A stretch of DNA of 63,985 bases, the filler included, from Octopus bimaculoides (taxonomy: Eukaryota), in the NCBI RefSeq assembly GCF_001194135.2. It is 9 parts of 8 records of this genome, joined end to end, with 100 filler letters (N's around TTAATTAATTAA, not from the genome) between each part and the next. Parts side by side here need not be neighbours in the genome. Positions count along the whole stretch, not along the records: positions 9,547 to 14,971 come from NC_068987.1; positions 15,072 to 18,538 come from NW_026327671.1; positions 18,639 to 34,128 come from NC_068995.1; 6 more parts are not named here. One strand, 5' to 3'. Shown here one piece after another: positions 13,572 through 25,080 of the stretch (its first letter is position 1; every line of letters begins with the position of its first letter). Both the position numbers and the translations under genes were made by a program. The notes under the pieces are model-generated. The model saw only the letters and a program-made list of their open reading frames with translations, did no database searches and was not told the DNA's origin.

Positions 13572-14273
13572 GCCACCACCATCACCACTACTACTAGTAT
13601 CATTTCTATACAGTGCCGTTTGCCTTTTTCTTCATTGAAGATGAAATAGATGTTTTGTGTCATTGAAGAGGCTGTTGCGATTTTGCTGTTGTTTATTATG
13701 TTTTNNNNNNNNNNNNNNNNNNNNNNNNNNNNNNNNNNNNNNNNNNNNNNNNNNNNNNNNNNNNNNNNNNNNNNNNNNNNNNNNNNNNNNNNNNNNNNNN
13801 NNNNNNNNNNNNNNNNNNNNNNNNNNNNNNNNNNNNNNNNNNNNNNNNNNNNNNNNNNNNNNNNNNNNNNNNNNNNNNNNNNNNNNNNNNNNNNNNNNNN
13901 NNNNNNNNNNNNNNNNNNNNNNNNNNNNNNNNNNNNNNNNNNNNNNNNNNNNNNNNNNNNNNNNNNNNNNNNNNNNNNNNNNNNNNNNNNNNNNNNNNNN
14001 NNNNNNNNNNNNNNNNNNNNNNNNNNNNNNNNNNNNNNNNNNNNNNNNNNNNNNNNNNNNNNNNNNNNNNNNNNNNNNNNNNNNNNNNNNNNNNNNNNNN
14101 NNNNNNNNNNNNNNNNNNNNNNNNNNNNNNNNNNNNNNNNNNNNNNNNNNNNNNNNNNNNNNNNNNNNNNNNNNNNNNNNNNNNNNNNNNNNNNNNNNNN
14201 NNNNNNNNNNNNNATATATGTGGGAGAATTTACGAAGAAAAACAAAACAACAGAACGCTCGGGAATAGAGAAA

Positions 14274-14312
14274 GTCTTTGACGTTTCGAGCCTACGCTCT
14301 TCAAATGAAAGG
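14274..14312 (-). ncRNA. Degenerate minimal hammerhead-ribozyme motif in a Penelope-like terminal repeat
   Basis: Minus strand: cctttc-atttga-a-GAGC-gtag-GCTC-GAAA-C-GT-C-aaag. Stems I and II and the GUC site are present, but the CUGAUGA core is mutated. Confidence 0.5.
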
Positions 14313-14774
14313 AACACAGAATGAAACAAGGAGAAAAAAATATAAACGTAGGGTCGGTTCGTTGAATTAAGACTCTTCTCGGCCGCAATCTGACGATTGA
14401 AACGCATAAAATGTAACAGGCAAATATCCCACAAATGACATCTTATCGTTTTAAAAAGTAGGAGGGACGTTGACAGCTGAAACACCTTCGGTTATTGGTT
14501 TAACCAGGGCAGGGATGACCTTCACAAGAAGAACAACAACGAGAACAAGACACACGAGTGATACAGGGTCAAAAGGTACAGGCAGCAGCATCTCCGCTAG
14601 CATCATCAACTGCACGGAAACCATGGAAAGGAGTTGGGGGTGGGTGTAAGCCTCTACGCGGTCACTCGAACTTTCTAGAAGAAACAACCAAATTTCCTCG
14701 ATCTACCGTGTTTAGTGAAAAAGAAAAAAAAAAGGAAATAAAAAGAAAAAGCGAAAAATAAATAGAGAAAGCTA

Positions 14775-14970
14775 GGCGCAGGCGTGGTTTTGTAGTAAAT
14801 AATCTTGTTTCACAGGCATATGGTTCCGGGTTCAGTCCCATTGCGTGACACCATGGGTAAGTGTCTTCTACTATAGCCTCAAGCCGACCAAATCCTTGAG
14901 AATGGATTTGGTAGACGGAAACTGAAAGAAGCCTGCCGTATATGTGCGTGTGTGTGAGTGTATGCATATG
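14775..14970 (+). mobile_element. Family A SINE, 5' half
   Basis: ggcgcaggcgtgg...ggttccgggttcagtccc...gtgtcttctactatagcc...ggatttggtagacggaaactgaaagaagcc. Confidence 0.8.
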
Positions 14971-15530
14971 TNNNNNNNNNNNNNNNNNNNNNNNNNNNNN
15001 NNNNNNNNNNNNNNNTTAATTAATTAANNNNNNNNNNNNNNNNNNNNNNNNNNNNNNNNNNNNNNNNNNNNTATATATACATACAGTATACAGGCAACCT
15101 AACTGTGCCGGTGCTTTACTCATCATCTATTTATACATCTTGTATAATTTTTCCATCATATATATTTATATGGTATTCAACTGACGTTCCAGTAAATTGG
15201 GTGTTTAACACACCCCTCTGAAAGATTTCTTTCCCTCAGTTTGTTACCTTACATATATGTATATATATATATATATATACATATAGGTTATGAGCGGTTG
15301 TGGTGTCAATTAGACCCTTATCTATATTTTTGTATTCCTTTTTCCTTTCTTTTCTTTATTCCTTTTATTATTTTCTTCTTCTTTTTTTCTTCTCCCCACC
15401 CCTGTTTTTTCTCTTTCTTTATTCCTCTCTTCCTGTTTTCGATTTGACCTTACTAATACATTCCCTACTTTTAGGTCACTTTAAGTAGGACTCTTGATTC
15501 AATAACACTGTGTATAAACTCTGTATTTGG

Positions 15531-15805
15531 AATGACCAATTTCAAAGACTGCTGGATTGTACTCACAAGGTATTAGAACCTTACAAATGCAATGACCAAT
15601 CTTAAAGACTATTGGATTTTACTCACAAGGTATTGGAATCTTATATGTATACCATTCTGCCTAAACAATGGATTTACAAATACAAGTATCCCTGCATTCA
15701 TTCTCTATTTCCTATCTAATCTAAATTAACTATTACTTAACCATCCTCTCACACCGTCTCCGATGAAGGAATATAATAAATATTCTAGAAATAGCTGTAA
15801 GCCTT
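15531..15805 (+). mobile_element. Penelope-like terminal repeat: 60-bp tandem dimer (15531-15650) plus degenerate hammerhead (15755-15803)
   Basis: Two 60-bp-period units starting aatgaccaat. Then ccgatga-aggaatat/atattcta-gaaa-tagctgt-a, with the U4 position mutated to C. Confidence 0.55.
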
Positions 15806-16235
15806 TCTATTTATAAATGTCCTCAAATCTACACAGCNNNNNNNNNNATATATAAGAATGCACATACACACGCACATACACGACGCACAAACAAGGTGGT
15901 GCCCCAGCATGGCCGCAGTCTAATGACTGAAGCGAGTAAAAGATAAAAGATAAAATATACACACAGAGGCAAAAAACAACAACAAAAAAAACCATGCTCA
16001 GTACCTTGTTTGCTTTATATTAAACAGGCGATGCAGCTTTCAGTTCATATCTGAATCTTAATGCATCGAGATTGAAATTTAAAATACTTATAATTAGCTT
16101 TAATATTCCTATTTCAATCTATTTATCTGCATGATTATGTCATTTGCATGCTTCTAGAATCAGTACGTTTTATATTAGCGCCATTAAAAAACGTGGAAAA
16201 TATGTACATTGGCTTATATTTAATTTACATCTTCA

Positions 16236-16312
<77 letters not shown>

Positions 16313-16359
16313 CCTATCTATCTATCAATCTATTTATCAATCCATCTATCCATCTATCA

Positions 16360-16424
<65 letters not shown>

Positions 16425-16605
16425 CTAGTATTTCTTTCTCTCGCTCTTCCCCGCCTATGTATGTATGTATGTATGTATGTATGTATGTATGCATGTATGT
16501 ATGTATGCATGTATCTATCTATCATTCTCTCTATCTACTAGTATCTCTTTCTTTCGCTCTTCCTCCTCCTATGTATGTATGAATGTATGTATGTATGTAT
16601 GTATG

Positions 16606-16654
<49 letters not shown>

Positions 16655-16662
16655 CTCCCTCC

Positions 16663-16706
<44 letters not shown>

Positions 16707-17424
16707 ATGTTCAAAGCCATGCCTGCACGAATCGTTACTATGAGTTTCTCGTTTTCGGTGCAAGGATATACATTCGTCCTTGTACTGTATTTATGAGCGA
16801 GGGTTTAGATTATATTTAATTTATTTCATTTAATTTACAAACGAGTTCTAGCCAAAAATATACTTGCAGACGAATGCGTATATCATGTACAAAATCATGT
16901 GCGTGCACATGAACTGAGTATGGTATAAATCTTCTGTGTGAGTACATAGTTATGTGTATGTGTGTTTCTGTGTGTGAGACTACGCCGCGCAAATAAGTCG
17001 TCTATGCAAACCACTGACAAAGCCTGTACTCACACAAAAGGCACGTATAAAGGCATTAAATTATTTCCAATTAATTGTTGATTTCTTAATTCCCTTAAGA
17101 GTGATGCCCCTTGCTGATATCGACATTATTTTAATGAGTGATCTGTGTTGACCAGCTGGACGAGTATGCTCCGCCCACCATCTTTATCAAATTATGTGGT
17201 GTTGTTTTATATTCTTTTATCAAAATAGTTTGCTAAAGTTGTAGATGCTGCAGCTTGTGTCAAAACTTGTAGATTCAACAAGTTTGGCATTGGTCGACCA
17301 AATTCCACACCCCTCACATGCATACATACATATTATATATATATATATGTATGCATGTAGGCGGATTCTACACACATACACACGCACATGTACTTTATAA
17401 GAGAGAGAAGCATGACTGTGTCGA

Positions 17425-17842
17425 AGCGCAGGCGTGGCTACGTGGGGGGGGGGGCACAGGTGTGGCTATGCAGAAGAGCAGGCATGACTGTGTGATAAAA
17501 AGCTTGTTTCCCAATCATATGGTTCCGGGGTCAGTCCCACTACGTGGCACCTCGGACAAGAGACCACAAAAGTCCTATGAGTAGATTTGGTAGACGGAAA
17601 CTGAAAGAAACCTGCCGTATATATGTACCTATCTATGTGTGTGTGTGTGTCTTCGTATGTGTTTCTCCCCACAATAGCTTGATAACCGGCGTTGGTGTGT
17701 TTACGTCACCGTAAGTTAGTTATTCGGCAAAAGAGACTGATAGAATAGGTAGCAGGCTTTTAAAAAAACATGATTTGACTAAAATTCTTCAAGGCGGTGC
17801 TCCAGCATGGCCGCAATCGAATGACTGAAACAAGTAAAAGTT
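17425..17842 (+). mobile_element. Full-length family A SINE with duplicated head
   Basis: gcgcaggcgtggct...gcaggcatgactgtgtg...ggttccggggtcagtccc...ccagcatggccgcaatc...gaaacaagtaaaag. Confidence 0.85.
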
Positions 17843-18638
17843 AGATCTTTAGGAGTGTATGTGTATGTGTCTGTGCATATGTATGTATTTATGTATGTAT
17901 GTGTGTATGTATGTGTGTATGTACGCACTTGAAACAGCATTAGATTAATATACCAGCGTGTATAGTATTTGTAATATGCGAATAAATGTGGAACAGCGTT
18001 TAGTGTAACATTTTGTCTGAGAGGAACCCCTTAAAGAGACATATATTTAAACTACAGGGTTTCGTTCACAACGCCGGTGGATCTACGGACATTGATTTTG
18101 ACTCATCAGTGACAAAAATAGCAATTTATGATTCGGTAGAGGTGATTTCTGCTTCGTATGCTATCAATTTGGCATTAATAGAGCATAGATACATTCATGT
18201 CTTTGCAAGTACAGCTCACATCTTGTTGAGTTGTGATTTGTAATGGCTTTAATATTAAAGGGGTAACTGCAACTAATTTTCTTGTAGTTCTTGTGGAACT
18301 GCATACGATTTAGTTGCCTCTACTACCGGAAACTCTTCCTCCGGTAAAAACGAAATATGATTAGGATAACGATTCTTGAATGGACCTTCTGTCATTCCTA
18401 TCTAGGACTAACGCTTTATCATTTGGTTAGGGGATTGGTAGAGGTGATTTTTGCATCATATTACATTGCTGTCTGCAGTAATTGAAGTAATTAAGGAAAT
18501 ATTTATTATCGCTTATAATATATATGTGTGTATGTGTANNNNNNNNNNNNNNNNNNNNNNNNNNNNNNNNNNNNNNNNNNNNTTAATTAATTAANNNNNN
18601 NNNNNNNNNNNNNNNNNNNNNNNNNNNNNNNNNNNNNN

Positions 18639-18669
<31 letters not shown>

Positions 18670-18674
18670 GTAAA

Positions 18675-18895
18675 ACATGGTGGCAGCGAGCTAGCAGAAT
18701 TGTTACAGTACCGGGGGAAATGCTTGGTAGCATTTGTTCCGATTCTTTACGTTCTGAGTTGAAATGACGCCGAGGTCGATTTTACCTTTCATTCTTTCTG
18801 GGTCGTTAAAATAATTACCAGTTCAGAACTGTGTCGATGTAATCGGCTTAGCCCCTCTCCTCAAAAACTTCTGTCCTCGTGACAAAATTAGAAAA
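18675..18895 (+). mobile_element. SINE family B, tail type 2
   Basis: ggtggcagcgagctagcagaattg...gttctgagttgaaat...gaggtcgattttacctttcattc...gatgtaatcggc. Confidence 0.75.
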
Positions 18896-19721
18896 ATATT
18901 ATTTTTAGAAATTGAATTTGTAAGGTAATTTTGATTACTGGTTACAAGTATTTCACTTCACTTACATTTCATATGTTGTTCATATGTTCAGGCAATGTTA
19001 CAATTTATTTCCTAATTATTATAATGTTCAGGCAATGTTACAATTCATTTCTTAATTAGCTGGAATTTCTCCATTCATCTTGCTCCATATCAATATTTAC
19101 GTGTAATGGGTTGAAGGTACTATAGCTGGCCTAACAGAATAACCCTATTTAATTAGGTGAAATTATCAGCTAGTAGTACTAACAACAACAACAACAACAA
19201 CAAGGCTGCTCCAGAAATGTTTGGTAATATTACAAAGCTATAGTAAAATATCACTTAAGACTGCATTTACTTTAAAAGAAGAAGAAAAGAAGAAAAAAAT
19301 TAATGCTCTTTTGAAGCTGGTAATTAACTGAAGCTCTATAATTAAGTTAGTTTTGTCATTGCTGAATGGATGAACGGAAGCAAAATTGATGAATTTCAAA
19401 TAACTTTAATAACCATTGTTGAATGGAAAGCAAAATTTTGAATTTAATGTAACCATAGCAACATTGAAAAGATTGCTCAATATCATTTTTAGACTATCAT
19501 CTTGACGTCGTGTTTTTTTCACCCAACCACCCGCTTTTTTTTCCTCTTCTTTTTAATTAGTTAGAAAAATTAATTCTTTGTGTTGATGTAAAGTATGATT
19601 CTTGAATGAGAAGTCGTCAATCTTAATTTATACATGAGTGTGTATGCATGCGTGTATGTATGTATGCTTGTATGTGAGTGTGTATGTATGCATTGGGGTA
19701 GGGGATGTGTGTGAATTAGTA

Positions 19722-19935
19722 GTTAGAGTGTTGCACTCATGATCGTAAGATTGTGGTTTCGATTCCTGGACCGAATGACGCGTTGTGTTTTTGAGCTCAA
19801 AATTCCTTTCATGCTGCTCCAGACCACTCAGCCGGCAAAAACGAATGCGACGGACCGGTGTCCCATCCAGGGTTGGGAGAGTTTATTCGCCACAGAATCA
19901 GGGACTTTATGTAGCTTCTGGCTAAGGAAGGACCT
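19722..19935 (+). mobile_element. tRNA-headed SINE related to the 2230-2555 copy
   Basis: ggtttcgattcctgg (B-box-like), gcgttgtgtttttgagc, cactcagccggcaaaaacgaa. Confidence 0.55.
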
Positions 19936-20604
19936 TTGATACTTGTTTATGTATGTATGTATGTATGTATGCATGCATGTATGTATGTATGTATGTATGT
20001 ATGTATGTATGTATGTATGTATGTATGTATGTGTGCGTGTGTATACATCGACCGGATGCCACTTACTTTACATTTGCCGATTTCGCTCAGAAATTATTAT
20101 GGTAGCCCAAAGGTATCATAGAAGATATTTACTCAATTTACCAGGCCCTGTTGGGAAGCAAATTTCTAGAATCATTTGAATGTGGCCACGCTGGAACATC
20201 ACCTTGGCATGTTTAATCAATTATATTGACCCCAGTACTTCTTGTAAATTGATATCTATTTCATCAAGGCCAGAAATATGAACTGCAAAGTTGACCTGAA
20301 TCGTTTTCAAAAATTAAACAACGTTTCCATGAACGACAAGTTATTTTATTTAAAGTTCTACTGATTTCTTCATCTTCCAGCAAAGATAAATCTAGCAAAA
20401 GAACAGCAAAAGCCAAAGACTCGTCTTGAACCCAATTATCTATCACTTGTCATGTATTATCGAGTACATTACAAAGCACTTCCATGGTGTGTTAATCCAT
20501 CGCTCTGTTTATCATAGCAACTTGGTCATTAGCCCTCTTTAACAGAACCCATTCTGGTCTGAGCTTTCTTCTATCATTCCTCTATCCTTAGATTTCTTGA
20601 CAAA

Positions 20605-20850
20605 GGTTTCAAATTTTGGCACAAGGCCAACAATTTAGGGGAGGGTGTAAGTCGATTAAATCGACCCTAGTGTTACGTTTCAAGTGTCAGGAAGTTAACT
20701 GTATTCTGCACTAAATAACTAACAACAACAACATCGACCTCGAAAAGATGAAAGGCAAAGTCAGCCTCGGTGGAATTTGAACTCAGAACATAAAGACGGA
20801 CGAAATGCCGTTAAGCATTTTGTTTGGCGCAGTAGCGAATATACCAGCTC
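20605..20850 (-). mobile_element. SINE family B carrying a foreign ~56-bp internal insertion
   Basis: The minus strand matches family B except that the segment after 'gaggtcgat' is replaced by 20674-20732. Confidence 0.75.
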
Positions 20851-21721
20851 ACCGCCTTGATTCTAACAAAGGTTATAGGTGTTGATTTTCTTCCTGTAAG
20901 AAAGTCATTTAAAGAAAAAAGAAAAAAAACAAGAAATAATATGAAGAAATTTTCTCTACTGGTTTATATTGCAAGAAAAGGCCCCCACCCAATCTTTCTG
21001 TGAATAAAAAAAAGAAAAAGAAAAAGGAAAAAGTGCAAATCCGAAGACCTTTGCGCAAATTGTTGCGAAATTCAGACCCTTGAGAAAATCAGCCATGGAA
21101 AAACAAAGTTCATTTCTTCTGCTTGGAAATATAGGTTCAAAAATGATTGAATGAATGAGTGAGTGAAATAGTAAGCGAGTAAACGAGGGAGTAAGCGAGT
21201 AAGCGCGATAGTGAGCGTGGCTGACTGAGCAAACTAGAGCACAATTAATATCGAAAGCAATATTATAGTCTATCGTAGAAATGACACTGACATTAATCAA
21301 AATGAAAGGTTCATTAAAATATTTCGAGTGACTACATTTCAAGTGTCAAGAGGTTAACTGTATTCTGCACTAAATGACTAACAACAACTACAACAACAAC
21401 AACAACAACGAAAGTTACGACAACGACGACGACGACTAATGATAACGTATAAAATAGGAGAAATACAAAATAGAACAAAAATTTAGTCATTGATCTTTCG
21501 GGATAAAGGAAATGAAAGAAAAGACAAGACAAAAGCGAAAAAAGAAAAACAATTTGAGCATGACCAGTTTCTATCTAACATTGAATAGACCATTCTTGAT
21601 ATTTGCCATAACTGTGCGCTAGAGATGGTGTTTGATATATATATATATATATATATATATCAATAATATATGAGTATATGCATATATATGTGTACGCACA
21701 CACGCAAGCGCGCGTATGTAT

Positions 21722-21754
<33 letters not shown>

Positions 21755-21794
21755 CATATATATATATATATATATATATACATATGCTTATCTC

Positions 21795-22168
21795 TCATCT
21801 TTTATCTGTTTCAATCATTAGACTGCCTTGAAGAATTTTAGTCAAACGAATCGAAACTAATACTTATTCTTTTATAAAACCTGCTACGTATCTATTGATC
21901 TCTTTTTTGCCGTCCTGCTAAGTTAAGGGGACATAAACACACCACCACCGGTTGTCAAGTTATGGTGGAGAACAAACACACACAAACATACACACACTCA
22001 CGCGCGCTCGCACACAGACACATACATGTACGATGAGGTTTTTTTCAGTTTCCGTCTACAAAATCCACTCGCAAGGTTTTGGTCAACCCGAGGCCAAGGT
22101 GCCACGCAGTGGGACTGATTTCGAAGCCATGTGGTTGGGAAGCAAACTTCTTACCATACAGCCACGTC
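21795..22168 (-). mobile_element. Near full-length family A SINE with internal deletions
   Basis: Colinear with 4637-5023, lacking e.g. 'ctatagtgaaagacacttg'. Confidence 0.8.
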
Positions 22169-22456
22169 TACATGTATTTGGGAAGAAAATAAGTATTTCC
22201 TATTTGCAAAAATAAAATGACGACGATGATGACGACAACGATGAAGATGTTGACGACGACGACGACGACGACGATGACGATGATGATGATGATGATGATG
22301 ATTACGAAAATGATTACAAAAATAATATAATTTGACGGCCTGTAAATTAATGACATTGGTGCTTATTTCGCAGCGAATGGGTAAGTAAAAGGGAAATTTT
22401 ACGCTAGTATGAAATTTGAACTCATCACTCTTCGAAAACCGTCTTCCTCCATCTCT

Positions 22457-22498
22457 CTAACCCTAACCCTCCATCTCCCTAACCCTAACCCTAACCCT
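22457..22498 (-). repeat. Short interstitial telomere-like (TTAGGG)n tract
   Basis: ctaaccctaaccct-ccatctc-cctaaccctaaccctaaccct on the + strand. Confidence 0.7.
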
Positions 22499-22656
22499 TC
22501 ATTACAGTAAATCGAAGTCTTTGGTAAAAGCTACAACTTCCATGATCTGGCAAACTAACCTACTCACAACTTTTCTTTCCAATACACATAAACACATACA
22601 TATTCACACACACTTATACACACACACAATTATATATATATATATATATATACATG

Positions 22657-23105
22657 CAAAACAAAACATCTCGAAGATTGAATCACCCCAGAGGGCACTC
22701 ACTAAACGAATTGAAGGCATGACTGATCTCGATTACTGGAACCACCTTAAAGCCGTGAAACTCTACTCTCTCCAGCGCCGCTGCGAGCGGTACATCATTT
22801 GTACGATATGGAGAATATACTGCCAGCATTGCCCAAACGACCCGAACATTAGTTTCAAGGTTCATCCAAGGCGGGGACCACGGGCCATACGTCCCCTTCC
22901 CAATTCAGGATTACAACATATAGGTACACTGCGACATAATTTCTTTTCCTCAACAGGCCCTGCCCTGTTTAACATTGTCCCAATACTGATCTAAGAGGAA
23001 AAGGATCCCATCACCTTTAAACGAAGTCTGGACAGATTTCTTCAAGGAATATCAGATAAGCCACCCATACCTGGATACAACTCACTCAACAAGAACTCGC
23101 TACTT
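22657..23105 (+). mobile_element. CR1/L2-group LINE 3' end (5'-truncated ORF2 C-terminus)
   Basis: IESPQRALTKRIEGMTDLDYWNHLKAVKLYSLQRRCERY...GPALFNIVP...FKRSLDRFLQGISDKPPIPGY...NSLL is the typical CR1-type RT tail. One in-frame stop. Confidence 0.85.
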
Positions 23106-23215
23106 CTTTTTTTTTTTTTATATAGAAAATTTGGACTGGTCCGCTGATGGGATTTTCTTTTAAATTATATAAGTTTTTCATTAAAAATGTTTTGATCTGT
23201 ACGTGTCTCCTGTTT

Positions 23216-24795
23216 GATTGCGAAGTATTGTTGTTTCTTTTATGCTGCTTTGCAGCGGTTTATATGATTGTGCTGTCCCTCAGCGTTTTGAGGAAAGATG
23301 GTTGAGTTTGGGAAGAAAAACATGTTTTATTCGGACCTGAGTGGATCGGAGATATCGGCTTCGGAATTGTCGTCATCCGAGGAGGAGCTGGTCAGTGCTA
23401 TAGATAAAATGGACAAATGCCTGGAGGTGGAAAGTTTGCGGAGGTGACGGGAGTCTCAAAGAAGGAGGTAAACCATAAAAACCAGAAAAATTTTGGGAAA
23501 ATGTTGGAAAAAGAATGTGGTGATGTGAAACTGTCACCACCGAAAGAAATCCTAAATAACATGGAAGAAAATAATTTATAAAGTGTTCTCAATTAAGGAG
23601 AGAAGAATGGAAAATGAGCCTACAGACGAAATAGAAAAGGCTTTGAGGCCAATCTGGCAAGATATAACATATCTTGCCAGAGGAAGCCGTTACGGCATGA
23701 CTGATGTATATTTTAAAAATAAAGAAAAGGCAAAGGAACACTCCGTGAACGCAATGAAGACGGAAAGGTTGATCCTCTTACCCACATACCTTGGAAGAAG
23801 AACTTCCAGGGTCAGGGTGGAAGGATCCCCCCTGATATAGACGTTGTTTGGGTGGCAGCAGCGGTGCTTCTTGGAAGGGAGAAAGCGGTGGCTGTGCTCC
23901 AAGCTACGGAGACTGAAGTAAAAAATTGGTGAGGGAAAAGTCTAGATATGATGATACAATCTTCAGCAGAAAATTTGGAAAAACTGGCAGAAACGGTGAC
24001 AGTAGGAGAAACGGTGATGAAAGTGTGGGTGGAGAGCAGAACTCCTCGCTGCTATAAATGTGGCCAAGAGGGCCACATTAGAGCGGACTGCCCTAAAAAA
24101 CAAGCCCAGAAGAAAGCCGAGTAGAAGGAGATGATGGAAGATAAAGATGAAACAGACGAGGAAGAAGTATGGAGAGTGGCTAGAAGGAGAAAACAGAGAA
24201 AAAGGAAGGACAGTCAAAGTGAACCCCAATCCGTACCCACCCCACCCATACCTTCACAACCCCACCCTCCTATTGCAGACACCAAACCCACCCATTCCCC
24301 ACCGACACAAAAACGGAAAAAAGAAGTGCTAACACAAAAATTCACAATACCATGTGTTATGCTTGTGTTTTGTTTAAGGATGTGGATAAGAAACTGGTGG
24401 AGAAATTGCTGCAATGGAGAGATGTGAGATTTGTTAGTATGAAAGGAGATAAAAAGGAAAATATGGTCGCAAGTGTATTGGTGCCGGAATGTCGAATGAG
24501 AGAGGTTAAAGATTGTAAGGAGGGTGTTGGATACAGAAATGTGATTTGCGATATAAGGAATGTGCCAAATGAGATTGAAAATGTGGAATTGGAAGAACGT
24601 TATGGAGGAATCAATATGAACTGGATCTAGAGGGAAGTAAATGATGCTACTGAGGTGGGGTAGGTAGCACGTTTCCATATATCATTTCAGTTTTCATTCA
24701 TGTTTATCATAACTTTATTATTTTAATTGCTATATGTCCCCACATGTATTGTATTGTCCTTTCTGTGTGTGCCCCTTGTGGGTAATAAAGAATCA
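23216..24795 (+). mobile_element. ORF1-only (gag-like, CCHC) non-LTR retroelement flanked by a 19-bp TSD
   Basis: TSD ctgt(a/g)cgtgtctcctgttt at 23197-23215 and 24796-24814. Disrupted ORF from ATG 23298 to stop 24630 with CYKCGQEGHIRADC (24050-24091). No ORF2. 3' tail gccccttgtgggtaataaagaa. Confidence 0.8.
23298..24630 (+). pseudogene. Disrupted LINE ORF1-like nucleic-acid-binding protein (zinc knuckle CX2CX4HX4C)
   Basis: Can be stitched across several frameshifts and stops: MVEFGKK...EKALRPIWQDITYLARGSRYG...LLPTYLGRR...RTPRCYKCGQEGHIRADCPKK...NMNWI*. Confidence 0.75.
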
Positions 24796-24819
24796 CTGTG
24801 CGTGTCTCCTGTTTCCTGT

Positions 24820-25080
24820 TTAGCCTGATGAGGGGGTTATTGCTGTGTTGCACTTTAGTGTAAAAAATTGCGGGGGTGAGCTCCTGAAATGGCCATAGAT
24901 ATATGTGAATGTTGAATTTGACCTGTGAAGTCTGCTTATTAGAAACTTTTGGACGTACTTGTGTGAGGGGAGTAAAAGACTTTTTTCAAGATGTATGTGA
25001 ATCTGACCTGTGGAAGTCTGTTTACTTATGAACTTTGGACGTACTTGTATGAGGGAAGTAAAAGACTTTTTTCAAATATT
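24820..25080 (+). mobile_element. Penelope-like terminal repeat with hammerhead motif (24825-24897) and an ~85-bp tandem dimer
   Basis: CTGATGA-ggggg(tta)...gagctcct-GAAA-tggcca-TA. The tandem units begin tgaat(t/c)tgacctgtg at 24913 and 24998. Confidence 0.55.

Noticed and set aside
14451-14687. ORF with a hydrophobic, transmembrane-like stretch (LVCLVLVVVLLV), and a + strand Thr-rich reading
   Set aside because: It overlaps degenerate family C pieces and their (CAA)n-like tail. The splice donors are poor, and phases do not chain with neighbouring candidates.
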